Below, in pieces: positions 49,347-61,783 of a stretch of DNA of 64,000 nucleotides. A program made the translations under genes and the position numbers. The notes beneath the pieces were generated by a model. It was not told the DNA's origin. It did no database searches and saw only the letters and a list, made by a program, of their open reading frames with translations. The stretch spans positions 55,068,464-55,132,463 of the forward strand of contig NC_043011.1 of assembly GCF_006345805.1 (NCBI RefSeq), written 5' to 3'. Position 1 is the first letter of the stretch, and every line of letters starts with the position of its first letter. The DNA comes from Octopus sinensis. Taxonomy: Eukaryota.

Positions 49347-49759
49347 TAATAATAATAATAATAATAATAATAAATGTGCCTGGTGTACCCTTATCAGACG
49401 GGTAGTCATGATGGGTATATTGGGCTTCGTATATTTTACCCCAGTGTCACTTTGATGGCATGCACTGCTCTCTCACTCAATAATAATAATAATCTTTTCT
49501 ACTCTAGGCACAAGACCCGAAATTTTGGGGAGTGCCAGTCCTACGCAACTGGTACTTAGTTTATCGACCCCGAAAGGATGAAAGGTAAAGTCGAACTTGG
49601 CGGAATTTGAATTCAGAACGTAAAGACAAACGAAATACTGCTAAGTATTTCGCCCGGCGTGCTAACGTTTCTGCCAGCTCGCCGCCTTAATAATAATAAT
49701 GATAACAACAACAACAATAATAAAAATGGAAGTTGTAAAAAAGGATGTAAACGTTGGTC

Positions 49760-50850
49760 TATAAAAAAGCTTTTGATAGTCTGACCACATAGCTGGATTA
49801 AGAAATGTCAAGAAATGTATTAAAAAAGCACCTACTCTGCGAAACTTCTAGTCTGTAAGTATGAGATAATGGAAAATCACACTGATTTTGAACACTGACA
49901 ATGAATCTCTCAATGCTGGAGATGTAAGAATTCCATGTGGCATTTTACAGGGTGATTCTCTATTACTGCTCCTCTTTTGTCTAGCCTTAATACCTCTCTC
50001 GAAATTGCTCGGTGATGTGCAATATGGCTATGAAATGTTTGATGAAAATATAAACCATCTCTTTTACACGGATGATTTAAAGCTCTTAGCAAAAAATGAC
50101 CAACAGCTACAGGGCTTACTAGCAATTGTTAAACAATTCAGCGATGACACCAGGGTGCAATTTGGCCTCGATAAATATGCAAAAGCTACTTTTATCAAAG
50201 GAAAAATGACAGAAATTCCGAACGTTAATCTTGACTGTCATAAAGGAGTTAGAACCAGCGGAGAGATACAAATATGTAGGGGTATTTAAAGGGGATGAAA
50301 TCAAACATTCAATGATGAGGGAAAGGATCAGAAGAAAATGTTATTGCAGGGTAAGGACAAAACTCAAGACAGAGCTGAATGAAAGAAACAGGATCGAAGC
50401 GATCAATACTTTAGCCATACCGGTTGTGACTTACAGTTTCAATATCATTAACTGGTCGATTACTGAAATATGTAATCTTGGCAGAAAAATACGAAAATTG
50501 TTGGCAATGCAGAGATTGCACAACCGTAAGGCAGATATAAAACTACTTTACCTGCCAAGAAAAGAGGGTGACCGCGGACTTTTACAACTGGAATTAACAA
50601 TGAAGATTGCCACAATTGGCCTAAACACCTGACTGAAAAAATTTGATGACTGGATGTTAAAACTTGCCTTAAAGCACGAAAACAAGAAAGCATCATACTC
50701 AGTTACAAAACAGCCAAAGGAATATCTAAGTGAATTCCAAATACAACAAATTCCAGTAAACAAGTACAGAAAAAGCTAAGCGTATGAAAACCAGATCTAA
50801 AACTGCTGCCTTAGATATTCTTACTGATAAATGGCAAGAAAAACCTCTCA
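49760..50850 (+). mobile_element. R4/Dong-like LINE RT fragment
   Basis: GILQGDSL..LLFCLALIPLS, INHLFYTDDLKL, QFGLDK, YKYVG, IEAINTLAIPVVTYSF, LYLPRKEGDRGL. Confidence 0.85.
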
Positions 50851-51900
50851 ATAGCAGTCGAGCTTATTTCAGGTACTCTCATCTTAAAATTCATCTCTGG
50901 CTAATCGTTGAGAGGACGTTGGTGTTGCCTTGGTGGAGGTTTGGGCTCTCTCAATGCTCTTGTTATTATTATTATCATCACTGATAGTATTTTCGTGTTT
51001 TTTTTTACTATTTGTCATTGTTAATATTTCCTCTGGTCGGACATGAGTTTTGGTTAATTGTCATTAACACTTTCGTGTTAGTACTAGGGTCTTATCTATT
51101 ATCCATATGGTGCTCATATCAGGGGATACCGACAACGTATTTATGATCAGTGGAACAGAGATTATGTGATCGATCTAGAGCAATAAGAAAAAGTCGTTGG
51201 TTCACAGAAGTAGCCCATCCTGCTCAAAAGGTCCCTGAATAAGGGTTGTTTAAGGATGTTGAACGAAACACCCATGTTTCCAGAGGTGAATTATTCAAAC
51301 CCCAAAGAATCCCTCTCAACACATGGCTATGATGCTTCCCCACTACTTCTACTCGTGATCAGAGATACACATACTGCCAGTCAACAAAGAATATGCCCAA
51401 CTGGTTAAGGTCAAACAACTGACAAGCACATCTGTGGTTCTGATCAGATTATTTACTGTGGTGCATCTTTTACACCAATGCAAAATATGTACACGATAAC
51501 ACTTCCAATCAGTTAAGATCAGAAGCCATGAGAGCCACTGCCTGGTACTGCTTCAGGGCATTTATTATTATTATTTCTCTTTACCACATGTTTTGTTGGA
51601 GCTTCTGGAGCCTTACATGCGTAACGGGCTTGCTACCTGCAGCCTACGGCACAAGAAGTCTGCACATGGAGACAACATGACCAATGGCTTCATTTTGTTG
51701 TTTACTTACGCGACATGTTGGGCTACTGCCGTTCTTTAATATGTTGGCCTGGTAGCTCCCTGTAGGTAGGCATTGGTCTTGGGCTGTTATGATAAACCCC
51801 TCTGCGTCTGATTTTAAGCTAGATTCCTGATTTTAACCATTGATGGGAAAGGACTTTGTCAACATCAGCATTAATAGCTCTCTTTTTGAGAGATAATAAT

Positions 51901-52073
51901 AATAAGCTCGACTGCTCTCTTTTTGAGAGCGGTCGGGTTCATTTTTAATATTCTCGTTTGTGAGAGCAGTCGAGTTTATTTCAGATATTCTCATTTTAAA
52001 AATCATCTCAGGTTAATCGTTGAGAGGACTTTGGTGTTGCTTTGGCAGAGGTTTGGGCTCTCTGAGTGCTCTT

Positions 52074-52075
<2 letters not shown>
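51901..52075. mobile_element. Helentron/HINE-like short element (related piece at 50850-50975)
   Basis: Inverted repeat AATAAGCTCGACTGCTCTC / GAGAGCAGTCGAGTTTATT; end TTGGC.GAGGTTTGGGCTCTCTGAGTGCTCTTGT shared by both copies. Confidence 0.4.
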
Positions 52076-52122
<47 letters not shown>

Positions 52123-52167
52123 TCGTCATCGTCATCATCATCATCATCATCATCATCATTATTATTA

Positions 52168-52213
<46 letters not shown>

Positions 52214-52759
52214 GTTTGTTCTGATATTAAGATTGAAAAAATCGAGCTTGTTTGGACCTGGGTTTGAAACCCCAAAGCAAATTTTGTTCTCGCGCTTCTG
52301 CCGTCGTATATGAATGTAACGGTAGAAGTTTCCAGTTCTGTTTAGAAGTCGTTTCTTGTTTGTAACGTTGAGGCATTGAACTTTAAATGTCCTGAAACAA
52401 TTTATTCGTCAGTTGTTATTCAACGAAGCAATGTATGAAGACGAGACGAGGTATCCGTAGAAATCCTTCAGATTTCATTTTCTCTTCTGCAAAGTCGAAC
52501 ACAATAAATCATTTTGAATAGTTTCAAGAAAGAGAAATACGTCGCCATTTCTCTCCTTTTCTTTCTCTCCTTTTCTTTCCCTCCTTCTCTCCCTGTCCAT
52601 CTCTCTTTCACTCCCCCGTCTCCTCTTCTTCCCCTCTTTCCATCTGTATATCCTCCTCCTCTCTTCCTCTCGCCGTCCGTCTTTCTCTCTTCCTTTCCCT
52701 CTCTCTCTCTTTCTCTCTGTCTTGTTTCTCTGTGTCCCTCTCTCCTCTCTCTCTCTTTC

Positions 52760-52793
<34 letters not shown>

Positions 52794-53340
52794 AACCTCT
52801 CTATCCCTTTCCTTCTTTAACCATCCTCCCCTTTTACTTGCTCTCTTTTTCTCCTCTCTCTTCAACCGAATATTGCATTTTTCCCCCTCTCTCATCCTTT
52901 TCTCCACTTCCTCTTCCTTTCTCTTCATCTCTTTCCCCATATCTTTCTATCTCTCCCTCCCCCTCTCTCTCTCTATTTATCTATCTATCTCGTTTTTCTT
53001 CTTTTCTCTTTTTCTATCGCTTCCCCTTGATATCTTCACCGCTGTCTTAATACAATCTGAATGGTTCGAACTGTTGCTATACAAGCCAAGGATATTATAT
53101 TTAATCACCTCTGCTCACTTCACAGATCTGTCGTTGCTTATCTTCACAAAGAGGAATCAAAGATATTCACAAATGAAGAGATTCCACTCACTCTGGTGTT
53201 TACCAGGAATCGACTGGGTGCGTGCCATTTCCCCCACCCAACTCATTGTCATTAAAATGCTCTTCTGGGGTAGAGCAGCGTTCTTTGACCTGTGTTTCTC
53301 ACCTTTTACCGGTTCAACTCTCCGATTTTCCTTCTGTGTG

Positions 53341-53544
53341 TTTTTTTTTTACTTGTTTCAGTCATTTGACTGCGGCCATGCTGGAGCACCGCCTTTAGTC
53401 GAGCAAATCGACCCCGGGACTTATTCTTTGTAAGCCCAGTACTTATTCTATCGGTCTCTTTTGCCGAACCGCTAAGTGACGGGGACGTAAACACACCAGC
53501 ATCGGTTGTCAAGCAATGCTAGGGGGACAAACACAGACACACAA

Positions 53545-53614
<70 letters not shown>

Positions 53615-53778
53615 GACAGGCTTCTTTCAGTTTCCGTCTACCAAATCCACTCACAAGGCATTGGTCGGCCCGGGGCAATAGCAGAAGACACTTGCCCAAG
53701 ATGCCACGCAGTGGGACTGAACCCGGAACCATGTGGTTGGTAAGCAAGCTACTTACCACACAGCCACTCCTGCGCCCT
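53341..53778 (-). mobile_element. tRNA-derived SINE family A with internal (TA)n/(TG)n (other copies 40376-40783+, 45540-45690-, 57367-57600+)
   Basis: A box TGGCTGTGTGG, B box GGTTCAGTCCC, CORE-like TCTTGGGCAAGTG segment, central microsatellite. Confidence 0.85.
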
Positions 53779-54029
53779 ATTTCGTAAGAAAAACAAAATG
53801 TCGTCTTGAATATTACACAGTTTATTACATTAACAGTCTTAAAAGTCAACAAGACAAAAAAAAAAAAGAAGTATATTTAAGCAAGATCTGTCAAAGTTCG
53901 TGAGGCATTAGTCGATCTGTAAGTCAGGGCAATACAGTGTTAGAACGAAGACTGGACCCTTTTATAACAATGATGACAGACCTGTTCCTATTTACAGTTC
54001 AGAGTGCTGTAAAGAGGTGAAATGGGACA

Positions 54030-54210
54030 TGAATAGGATCAATGTTTTCCATGATGAGTGGCTGAGGAAAATCTACCGCATCTTCTGGCCCAACTAAGCG
54101 TCGAATGAGAAGCAGTGATGTAGTCCATGAAATAAAACAGCGGCTGCTCAGATTGTTTGACCACTGTCTCGAAATGGACTGAAACAGAGTGTCAAAGGTA
54201 CCGTAAAGAG
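54030..54210 (+). mobile_element. RTE LINE C-terminal fragment
   Basis: VFHDEWLRKIYRIFWPN and EIKQRLLRLFDHCLEMD, resembling RTE FH..CLR.IL.I.W...RW.GHV.RM. Confidence 0.55.
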
Positions 54211-54430
54211 AGAGAGACACCATTTAGAGAGTAAAAATCTGGACGATCAAAGACTGTTTGGTGTAGAACAGTTGAAAGTTGCAAGAAATGGAAAGTAAAT
54301 GGGGCAAGGGCACATGGTTTTACTAAATACCAGATTGAACAGCCTCTATTCATTAGAAGTTGATTTTTCAAGCGAAAGAAGAGGAATAAAAATGTTGCTG
54401 TTGCTGCTGTTGTTGTATTTATTGCTATTG

Positions 54431-54810
54431 TTGTTTTGTTTGTTTGTGGAGCGAAGCGGTCTTCGTCCCAGAGCTCGCAAGATGGGAGAAGTCCGAAACG
54501 TGGTCCTTTGCTATTCGTAAGACCCGCAGAAGAGAAGGCAGGTCAACCCCCGACACCGAGAGCATCGACGGATGGATGAATGCGCATCCAGGCTCAGCGG
54601 TTGCGTAGGACGTCGGGGACAAGAAACAGGAAAAAAGAGTGAGAGTACAAAGAGTACAACAGGGGTCGCCGCCACCCCCTGCCGGAGCCTCGTGGAGCTT
54701 TAGGTGTTTTCGCTCAATAAACACACACACGCCCGGTCTGGGAATCGAAAACGTGATCCTCCGACCGCGAGTCCGCTGCCCTAACCATTGGGCCATTGCG
54801 CCTCCACTTA
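54431..54810 (-). mobile_element. tRNA-derived SINE family D with an about 30-bp flanking duplication
   Basis: Head TGGCCCAATGGTTAGGGCAGCGGACT...TTCGATTCC; CTGTTGCTGCTGTT(GTT)GTATTTATTGCTATTG at 54398-54430 and 54811-54840. Confidence 0.75.
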
Positions 54811-55064
54811 CTGTTGCTGCTGTTGTATTTATTGCTATTGCTGTTCTTATCGCTATTGTTGTTGTTGTTGTGACGGTGGGCGGATGGATGGGGGGATCGA
54901 CGTCGTTATTGGTCTTGTAAGCTATGACGTCATTCCCAATTTAGTTCCCTCAATTCAGACCAATGTTGACAGCATCATTTCTCTGGTAGGTTGGTGACTT
55001 GGTGGGTTGTTGCAGGTCTTTTCCCTCTCAACCTGCACACCTTGAATGGCTTTAGTATACACAC

Positions 55065-55428
55065 ACACACGCACATACATACATACATACATACATATAT
55101 ACATACATACATACATACATACATACATACATGCGTACATACATACATACATACATGCAAGCATTCACACACACACACATACACACATATATTTATATAT
55201 ATTTACGCATATATATATACATATATATATATATACATATATATACACATATATACATACATCCCTACATACATAAATACATATATACACACATGTATAC
55301 ATACATACATGCATAAATACATATATACACACATGTATACATACATACATACATACATACATACATACATACATACATACATACATACATACATACATAC
55401 ATACATACATACATGCGTACATACATAC
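55065..55428. repeat. Long compound (TACA)n/(TA)n microsatellite; similar simple-repeat blocks at 38200-38425, 44705-44800, 49285-49372, 52070-52212, 52520-52990, 58930-59245, 60460-60990
   Basis: Read directly from the sequence. Confidence 0.95.
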
Positions 55429-55479
55429 AAAACGAAATCAAGGGGACGGAAGCTTAACGTCGATCCAGACTGCCTATGA

Positions 55480-56050
55480 GCATCATTTCACATCCCTTCA
55501 TCAGCATCTTTTAATCCGCATCCGAAGCAGTTGTCCAAAAATGTCATCGCAGTATTGACTCCCGAGTGGGACATGATGTTGTAGCCGGGACACTGTATAA
55601 TGAAACCCGTCGGTAGGATAACACTGAGGCCAAAGAAATTAGGACCCACAGTATGGTAGAGGTCATAGCTACTCATAATAAGGGGTAATGGTGGAATGTT
55701 CCAAAGAAAGCCCCAATAAAATGTAAACATAATAGGGCTGGCACAGAGATTTGAAACAGAGAAGAGAAACTATGTACAGTAGAAGAAATCAGCTGTCCAG
55801 CAGATGTTAACATAAAGCAAAAAAGGAAAACACCTACGCTGACCTATTCAGAAATCTGCATTTACTCTACCCAAAATACAATTTTAGGATTATACCTATA
55901 ATTATTGGGATACTGGGGTATGTAACACACTGTACTAAGCTTGAGAAAATAGGACCTTCAAATCCAGAAAGGAGAAAGCTGATTCGAAGACTACAGCCAT
56001 CACTGGAACTGTAAAAATCTGTAAAGCTTTCCAGAAGTTTATCATTTAAG
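55480..56050 (+). mobile_element. R4/Dong-like LINE 3' fragment (knuckle + RLE), same family as 43745-44150
   Basis: SCFGQLLR-type overlap aside, plus reading gives WWNVP..PIKCKHN, EISCPADVN, IIPIIIG.LGYVTH, GTVKICKAFQKFII. Confidence 0.75.
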
Positions 56051-56515
56051 TATATATATATTTATTTCTTTACGACCCACAAGGGGCTAAACACAGAGAG
56101 GACAAACAAGGACAGACAAAGGGATTTAAGTCGATTATATCGACTCCAGTGCGTAACTGGTACTTAATTTATCGACCCTGAAAGGATGAAAGGCAAAGTC
56201 GACCTCGGCGGAATTTGAACTCAGAACGTAGCGAAGCGCATGTCTAGACACGCAATTATACGCATGAGAATGCATACATAAAACAATACATACAAATCTG
56301 CGCATGCGCTGACCCCAAATACTACACATATATACACATACAAACAAAAATACCCTGTTGTTGATGTTGAAATTGCAATGAAGGAACCTTGGTTCTAGGT
56401 TAGCAACCGGGTCTTTCTCTATTGACAAGAAATCTTGAGATAAAACCGAATAATGTCATACATAATTACATATACCACACACACACACACACACACGTAC
56501 ACACACACGTACACA

Positions 56516-56566
<51 letters not shown>

Positions 56567-57514
56567 GTACACACACACGTACACACATTCATACTTCATA
56601 CACTGCATACATAGACACATTCCAACAAGACAGCCCTGTTTGAAAATGTCTAAATTCCAAGAGAATGTCTTGTTTCCAGTTTAGAAACCAGTTCTTCCTC
56701 CTTTATAAAATAAAAACAAGAATGTGCGTGTATGTGTGTGTGTATCTCAGTATCTTAAGTGTGTGTGTATATATGTGTGTGTGCGTGAAGTAAAAAAAAG
56801 CAAAAGGATCTCCGTCGATTCCAACGATGACCATTTCAACTGTTTAATCAACTGAATTATTGCTTAACGAATTCTAGTAGAAACGGGCTGAGTATTTCGC
56901 AGATCCTTGCGTGCGACAAAGCTGAGCTGTTGTATTACTCGTAGAGTTCATCCCACGAGGCTTCCGCGCAGGCTCCGTCGATCCAACTTCACTCACAAGA
57001 TTTCGGCTGATCAGAAAGAGGACCTCTGAGAGATATTTGGCCAATATGAACAAAATTGCCCTCAGTTCCCGGTAGGTTGATTCCTCTCACAATTCAAGGG
57101 GACTCTGGGGTTTATTTTCTTTTCAGAGATCTGGCACATGATAAGAAACTTCTTGCTTCTTGGAGCCCCACTTTGCTTTCTCGGGTCCCTGCTTGTTTCC
57201 CGAAGTCCCTATTTGTTTTTTTTTTTTGTTCGTCCTTGTTTTCCCGGGCCTCTCTTTGGTCCCGTAGGTCCTTTCTTTGTTCCTGGGTCACATCTCAGAA
57301 ATGGCAACCAAATCTTCCTTCAGTAACGCATTATTATCTTTAAAAAAAGAACTCTGCGGAATCGGCGTAGGCATGGCTGTGTGTTGCTTCCCAACCTCAT
57401 GGCTCGTGGTTCAGTCCTACTGTGTGGAGCCTTGGACAAATGTCTTCAGCTCTAACCACGGAGCGATTAAAGTCTTGCGCATTTGGTAGTCGAAAACTGA
57501 ATGAAACCCGTCTA

Positions 57515-57589
<75 letters not shown>

Positions 57590-57761
57590 AAGCACGAAAC
57601 CATTGGGATGTCTTGGACTTTGACTGACGAGGATATCAGCAGCTAATTTTCCGTGTATCGTCTGTTTTGTCTAATTTTCTGTTGGTTGTGTTTTTGGTTG
57701 ATTTTCCGTTTGCTAATTTTTCTCTATGTTATGTTCTTTCTCTACATCCCTTGATGTATAC

Positions 57762-57800
<39 letters not shown>

Positions 57801-57804
57801 GTGT

Positions 57805-57836
<32 letters not shown>

Positions 57837-58161
57837 AAGAAGAAGAAGAAGAAAACGGAGATTGGGAAATTAATAATCGTTTATTACTAATAACAAATTA
57901 ATCATCATTGAACCGGTATTTCTTCGGATGAAACCATCCCTTCATGAGGTTGAGACAACCGATACGTTCTCTCTCTCTCCGATTTGCTGGAAATAACAGC
58001 CAAATCTCTCTCAATGTCACACGCTAACATTATATAAACGAAGGACACATTGGATAAGATGGAAAAAAATGCACACGTATGTATTCCCTATAAAAGAACT
58101 TTCTATTTTTCTCACCCACCTTTCTTATCGTTTATACTTTTCTCCCACCTCTCTCTCTCTC

Positions 58162-58221
<60 letters not shown>

Positions 58222-58500
58222 ATGACCCAATGACCCAGAAGTCGTTGCTCTTTCATTACTTTCGCAAACGGTAGTAACGTTCTTCAGCCGAATACACATC
58301 ATTGATTGGTTAAAATTACCCAAATACGACAACTTTAACACGAAATAACTTCTAGAATACAAAGTTTTGTCAAACCGTGTTCTACGTGACACTTTCAACC
58401 AGTATCCGAAGTTTGAAACTGTTTAGTAAAAAAAAAATCATAATTTAAAAAATCTGCGACTGAGATTGAAAAGATCCTGAAAAGATCCATAATGTCTCCT

Positions 58501-58531
<31 letters not shown>

Positions 58532-59075
58532 GAGGTAAACATAGTTTGAATTCCTTTGATTATAATCTGATCATAATCAGCGTTGGTGATGGTGGAGATG
58601 TCTAAAAGACGACGACACGATAAGGATGGCTGAACTCTACGACATCGCTTCTTCCGTTACCTGACAATTGTGTCTTGTTTATTTACTCCAACATTCCTGA
58701 ACAACCACGAACCTGAGACTTCCTCCACTAACGATGACAAAAATCATGCCACAGGAATTTCTTTCCAGTTATGTCGTCTGTGAGTTATGATTAATTTTCA
58801 TTCTCCTATCAGCAGAATCTATTTTCGTACCTCACCCACCTGGCAGCAGAACCGACAACTTCCTGCTTACTTACTAAAATGTTCACTTATCTCGTCTTTT
58901 GAAAATCAGTATGACTTAGAGGCGTAGGTATGCATACATACATACATACATACATACATACATAAACATCTATACAAATATACGAATATGTTTGCATGTA
59001 TGTATGCATATGTACATGCGCGCATGTATATATGTATGCGTGTATGTATGTGTGCGTGTGTTTGTTTGTGTGTGT

Positions 59076-59144
<69 letters not shown>

Positions 59145-59155
59145 ATATATATATA

Positions 59156-59198
<43 letters not shown>

Positions 59199-59247
59199 TA
59201 GATAGATAGATAGATAGATAGAAGATAGATAGATAGATAGATAGATA

Positions 59248-60470
59248 CAGGGTGCGGTGAATAAATTGTCTAATTGGCGCAAAAATGAAAATAACACTGA
59301 CATCTCATTTTAACATATACCGTAAATCTTCGAGTATAGTCTGCTCTTGAGTATAATACGCAGGGGATTTTTAGGGGACTGTACTTCTGAAAAACCTAAA
59401 CCTTGTGTATAATACGCGCCCCTTCTCTAACTTGGGTCGTGCGTAATAAAACCAGCAGCACCTAGTCGAACAAACACTTCCGCGCATGCGTAATACAATA
59501 ATGGTGATGTTCTTAACTGTTATATGGGAATGTAAATATGTTTGCAAATTGTTTTTGTTACATGTTATTCTGTGTCTGAATACTTTTATTTTAATAAATG
59601 TTGCTTACTGCAAGTTATGGATGATTCTTTTATGACTTCATTGCTTTCAGGCTTAGCTTAAGGTATTTTCGTGCCCGACATCACAAAATGCGTCTGAATA
59701 AACTTTGCCGGACAGCAAATAGAGACTCGGACATTGCTGAGAAAATATTTTTCACTTTTAACCTCGTATATAGTACGCACTAGGGATTTTGACTATTAAA
59801 TTTTGGGGGAAAAGTGCGGATTATACTCGAAGATTTACGGTATTTACCAAAACTACATAAAAATATCTTGAAATACTAAAGTAAATTTATTCGATAAAAT
59901 CGCCATTGTCTTCAACCACGGCCTCCCGACGCACCTGCAACTCTTCTGGACGGTCTCCTTGTTTAAGTTGGTGAATGCTGCCATAATCCTTGCCTTCAGT
60001 TCATCTTTGGTGTTACAAGGAGTTTTGTTGGTCTCTCACTCAACTGCGCCCTATACATAATAATCAAGGGGGTTGCAGTCTGAGGAGTAGGTGGCCAGAT
60101 GTTAGGGGTCATGTGGTCGCAGAAATTGTCTGACAGCCATGACTGGGTTCTCCTGGTTGTGTAGCACGGTGTAAAGTCCTGTTACCAGACAAAGGGTCTT
60201 CCAGCAGACACTCTCTTGACCCAGGGCAGCACTACCTCCTCCGGGCACTTGATGTAGGCCTCCATGTTGAGTCTGAGGCTGTGTGGGAAGATGAATGGAG
60301 GCGTAACGTTGCCATCACTAGTGATGATCTGGAATGGATGCTTGAATGTTATCACTCTTGGTATATGTTTTGGGGACATGGCAAGCCAATGGTTGTTCTG
60401 TGTGTTCACCATCGGATCCTGGCAGAAATTCTTCTCGTCTGAGAAAAAACTAAAGCATGTCCAGTATATA
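59248..60470 (-). mobile_element. Tc1/mariner (maT/DD37D-like) transposon, truncated
   Basis: TA|CAGGGTG end; minus translation PPFIFPHSLRLNMEAYIKCPEEVVLPWVKRVSAGRPFVW*QD...WPPTPQTATPLII / SSDCNPLDYYV. Confidence 0.8.
59320..59840. mobile_element. Tc1/pogo-type MITE nested in the maT element
   Basis: Perfect TIR CCGTAAATCTTCGAGTATA / TATACTCGAAGATTTACGG with TA duplication on both sides. Confidence 0.85.
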
Positions 60471-60626
60471 TGTATATATAGACAAACACACACACACACA
60501 CACACATATATATTATATATATATATTATATATGTGTGTGTGTGTTGTGTGTGTGTGTGTGTGTGTGTGTTTGTGTGGTGTGTGTGTATGTATATATGTA
60601 CGTATGTATATACGTTTATATATACG

Positions 60627-60668
<42 letters not shown>

Positions 60669-60895
60669 TATATATATATTATATTATATATATATATATA
60701 TATAATATATATATTATATATATATGTATATATGTATGTGCGTGTGTGTGTGTGTGTGTGTGTTGCTAGAACAAGAAACAAAGACTCTAAGAGCCACAAA
60801 AAGCATACTGTCAGTACATACACAATTAAATGTTTTCCTTTTTCGTTTTATATTGCGTCTAGCCACCTTCGATATATATATATGTGTGTGTGTGT

Positions 60896-60931
<36 letters not shown>

Positions 60932-61292
60932 TAGGTTGGCAACTCATAATAAATAAATAAATGAATAAATAAATAAATAAATAAATAAATGGGAAATTGT
61001 GGTTATATAAGAATTTTGGGTGATAACGTTTTTACCACCCAAAATTAGAAACTGTTCAAACAGCATTCGTTGTAAGCTAAAATTTAAAAAAAATTATAAA
61101 TATTTTGTAAAACATTACTATTTGTTTTAAAATGATATACTTTTTATTCTCTAATGAAGCATAAAGCAAATTCAGCAACAAAAAAAATTCATAAATTTAT
61201 TTGAAACAAGAATGAGGTTCATAACTATACACTCCGTACAATATGGTCGGGTCTATTTAGATATTACAAAAAAATAACCACTGCATTTACTC

Positions 61293-61610
61293 AGTGAAGG
61301 CGCATGGCTCAGTGTTTAGAGCATCGGGCTTACAATCGTGAGGTTGTGGGTTCGTTTCCCGAACCGGCTGTGTTCTGTTCTGTTCTTAAGTAAAACACTT
61401 TGTTTCACGTTGCTCCAAGAAATGAGTTGCGACGTCATTGGTGCCAAGCTGTATCGGTCCCTTTGCCTTTTCCCGTGGACAACATCGGTGACGTGGAGAG
61501 AGGATATTGTTATGCATGAGCGATTGCTGGCCTTCAATACACAACCTTGCCCGGACTTGTGCCTTGGATGGGAACTTTCTAGATGCAATTCCATGGTCAT
61601 TCGTAACAGA
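61293..61610 (+). mobile_element. tRNA-derived SINE family C (second copy 45170-45482, minus)
   Basis: Head GGCGCATGGCTCAGTG.TTAGAGC..GGTTCG.TTCCCG, then shared body TTCTT.AG.AA.ACACTTT.TTTCACGTTGCTCCA. Confidence 0.8.
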
Positions 61611-61783
61611 CTTAGTTATGAGATATTGACTAAAGTTATGTTAATGATTTCGTATTTGTCACTAACTGTATGTCACTCAAACGTAACGTTTCGCCTACAC
61701 AAATGAGGAAAAATTGAAGAACATAGATCGAAAATACGGAAGCAAACGGCAATCGAGCCAATTGTTGAGCATATTAAGAGACC

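Noticed and set aside
54737-54808. Possible tRNA gene (also about 61293-61365 and 45410-45482)
   Set aside because: No clean acceptor stem or Pol III terminator; each continues into a shared SINE body.
55475-55515. CTGATGA...GAAA on minus, hammerhead-like
   Set aside because: No stem II or stem III pairing; lies within LINE-derived sequence.
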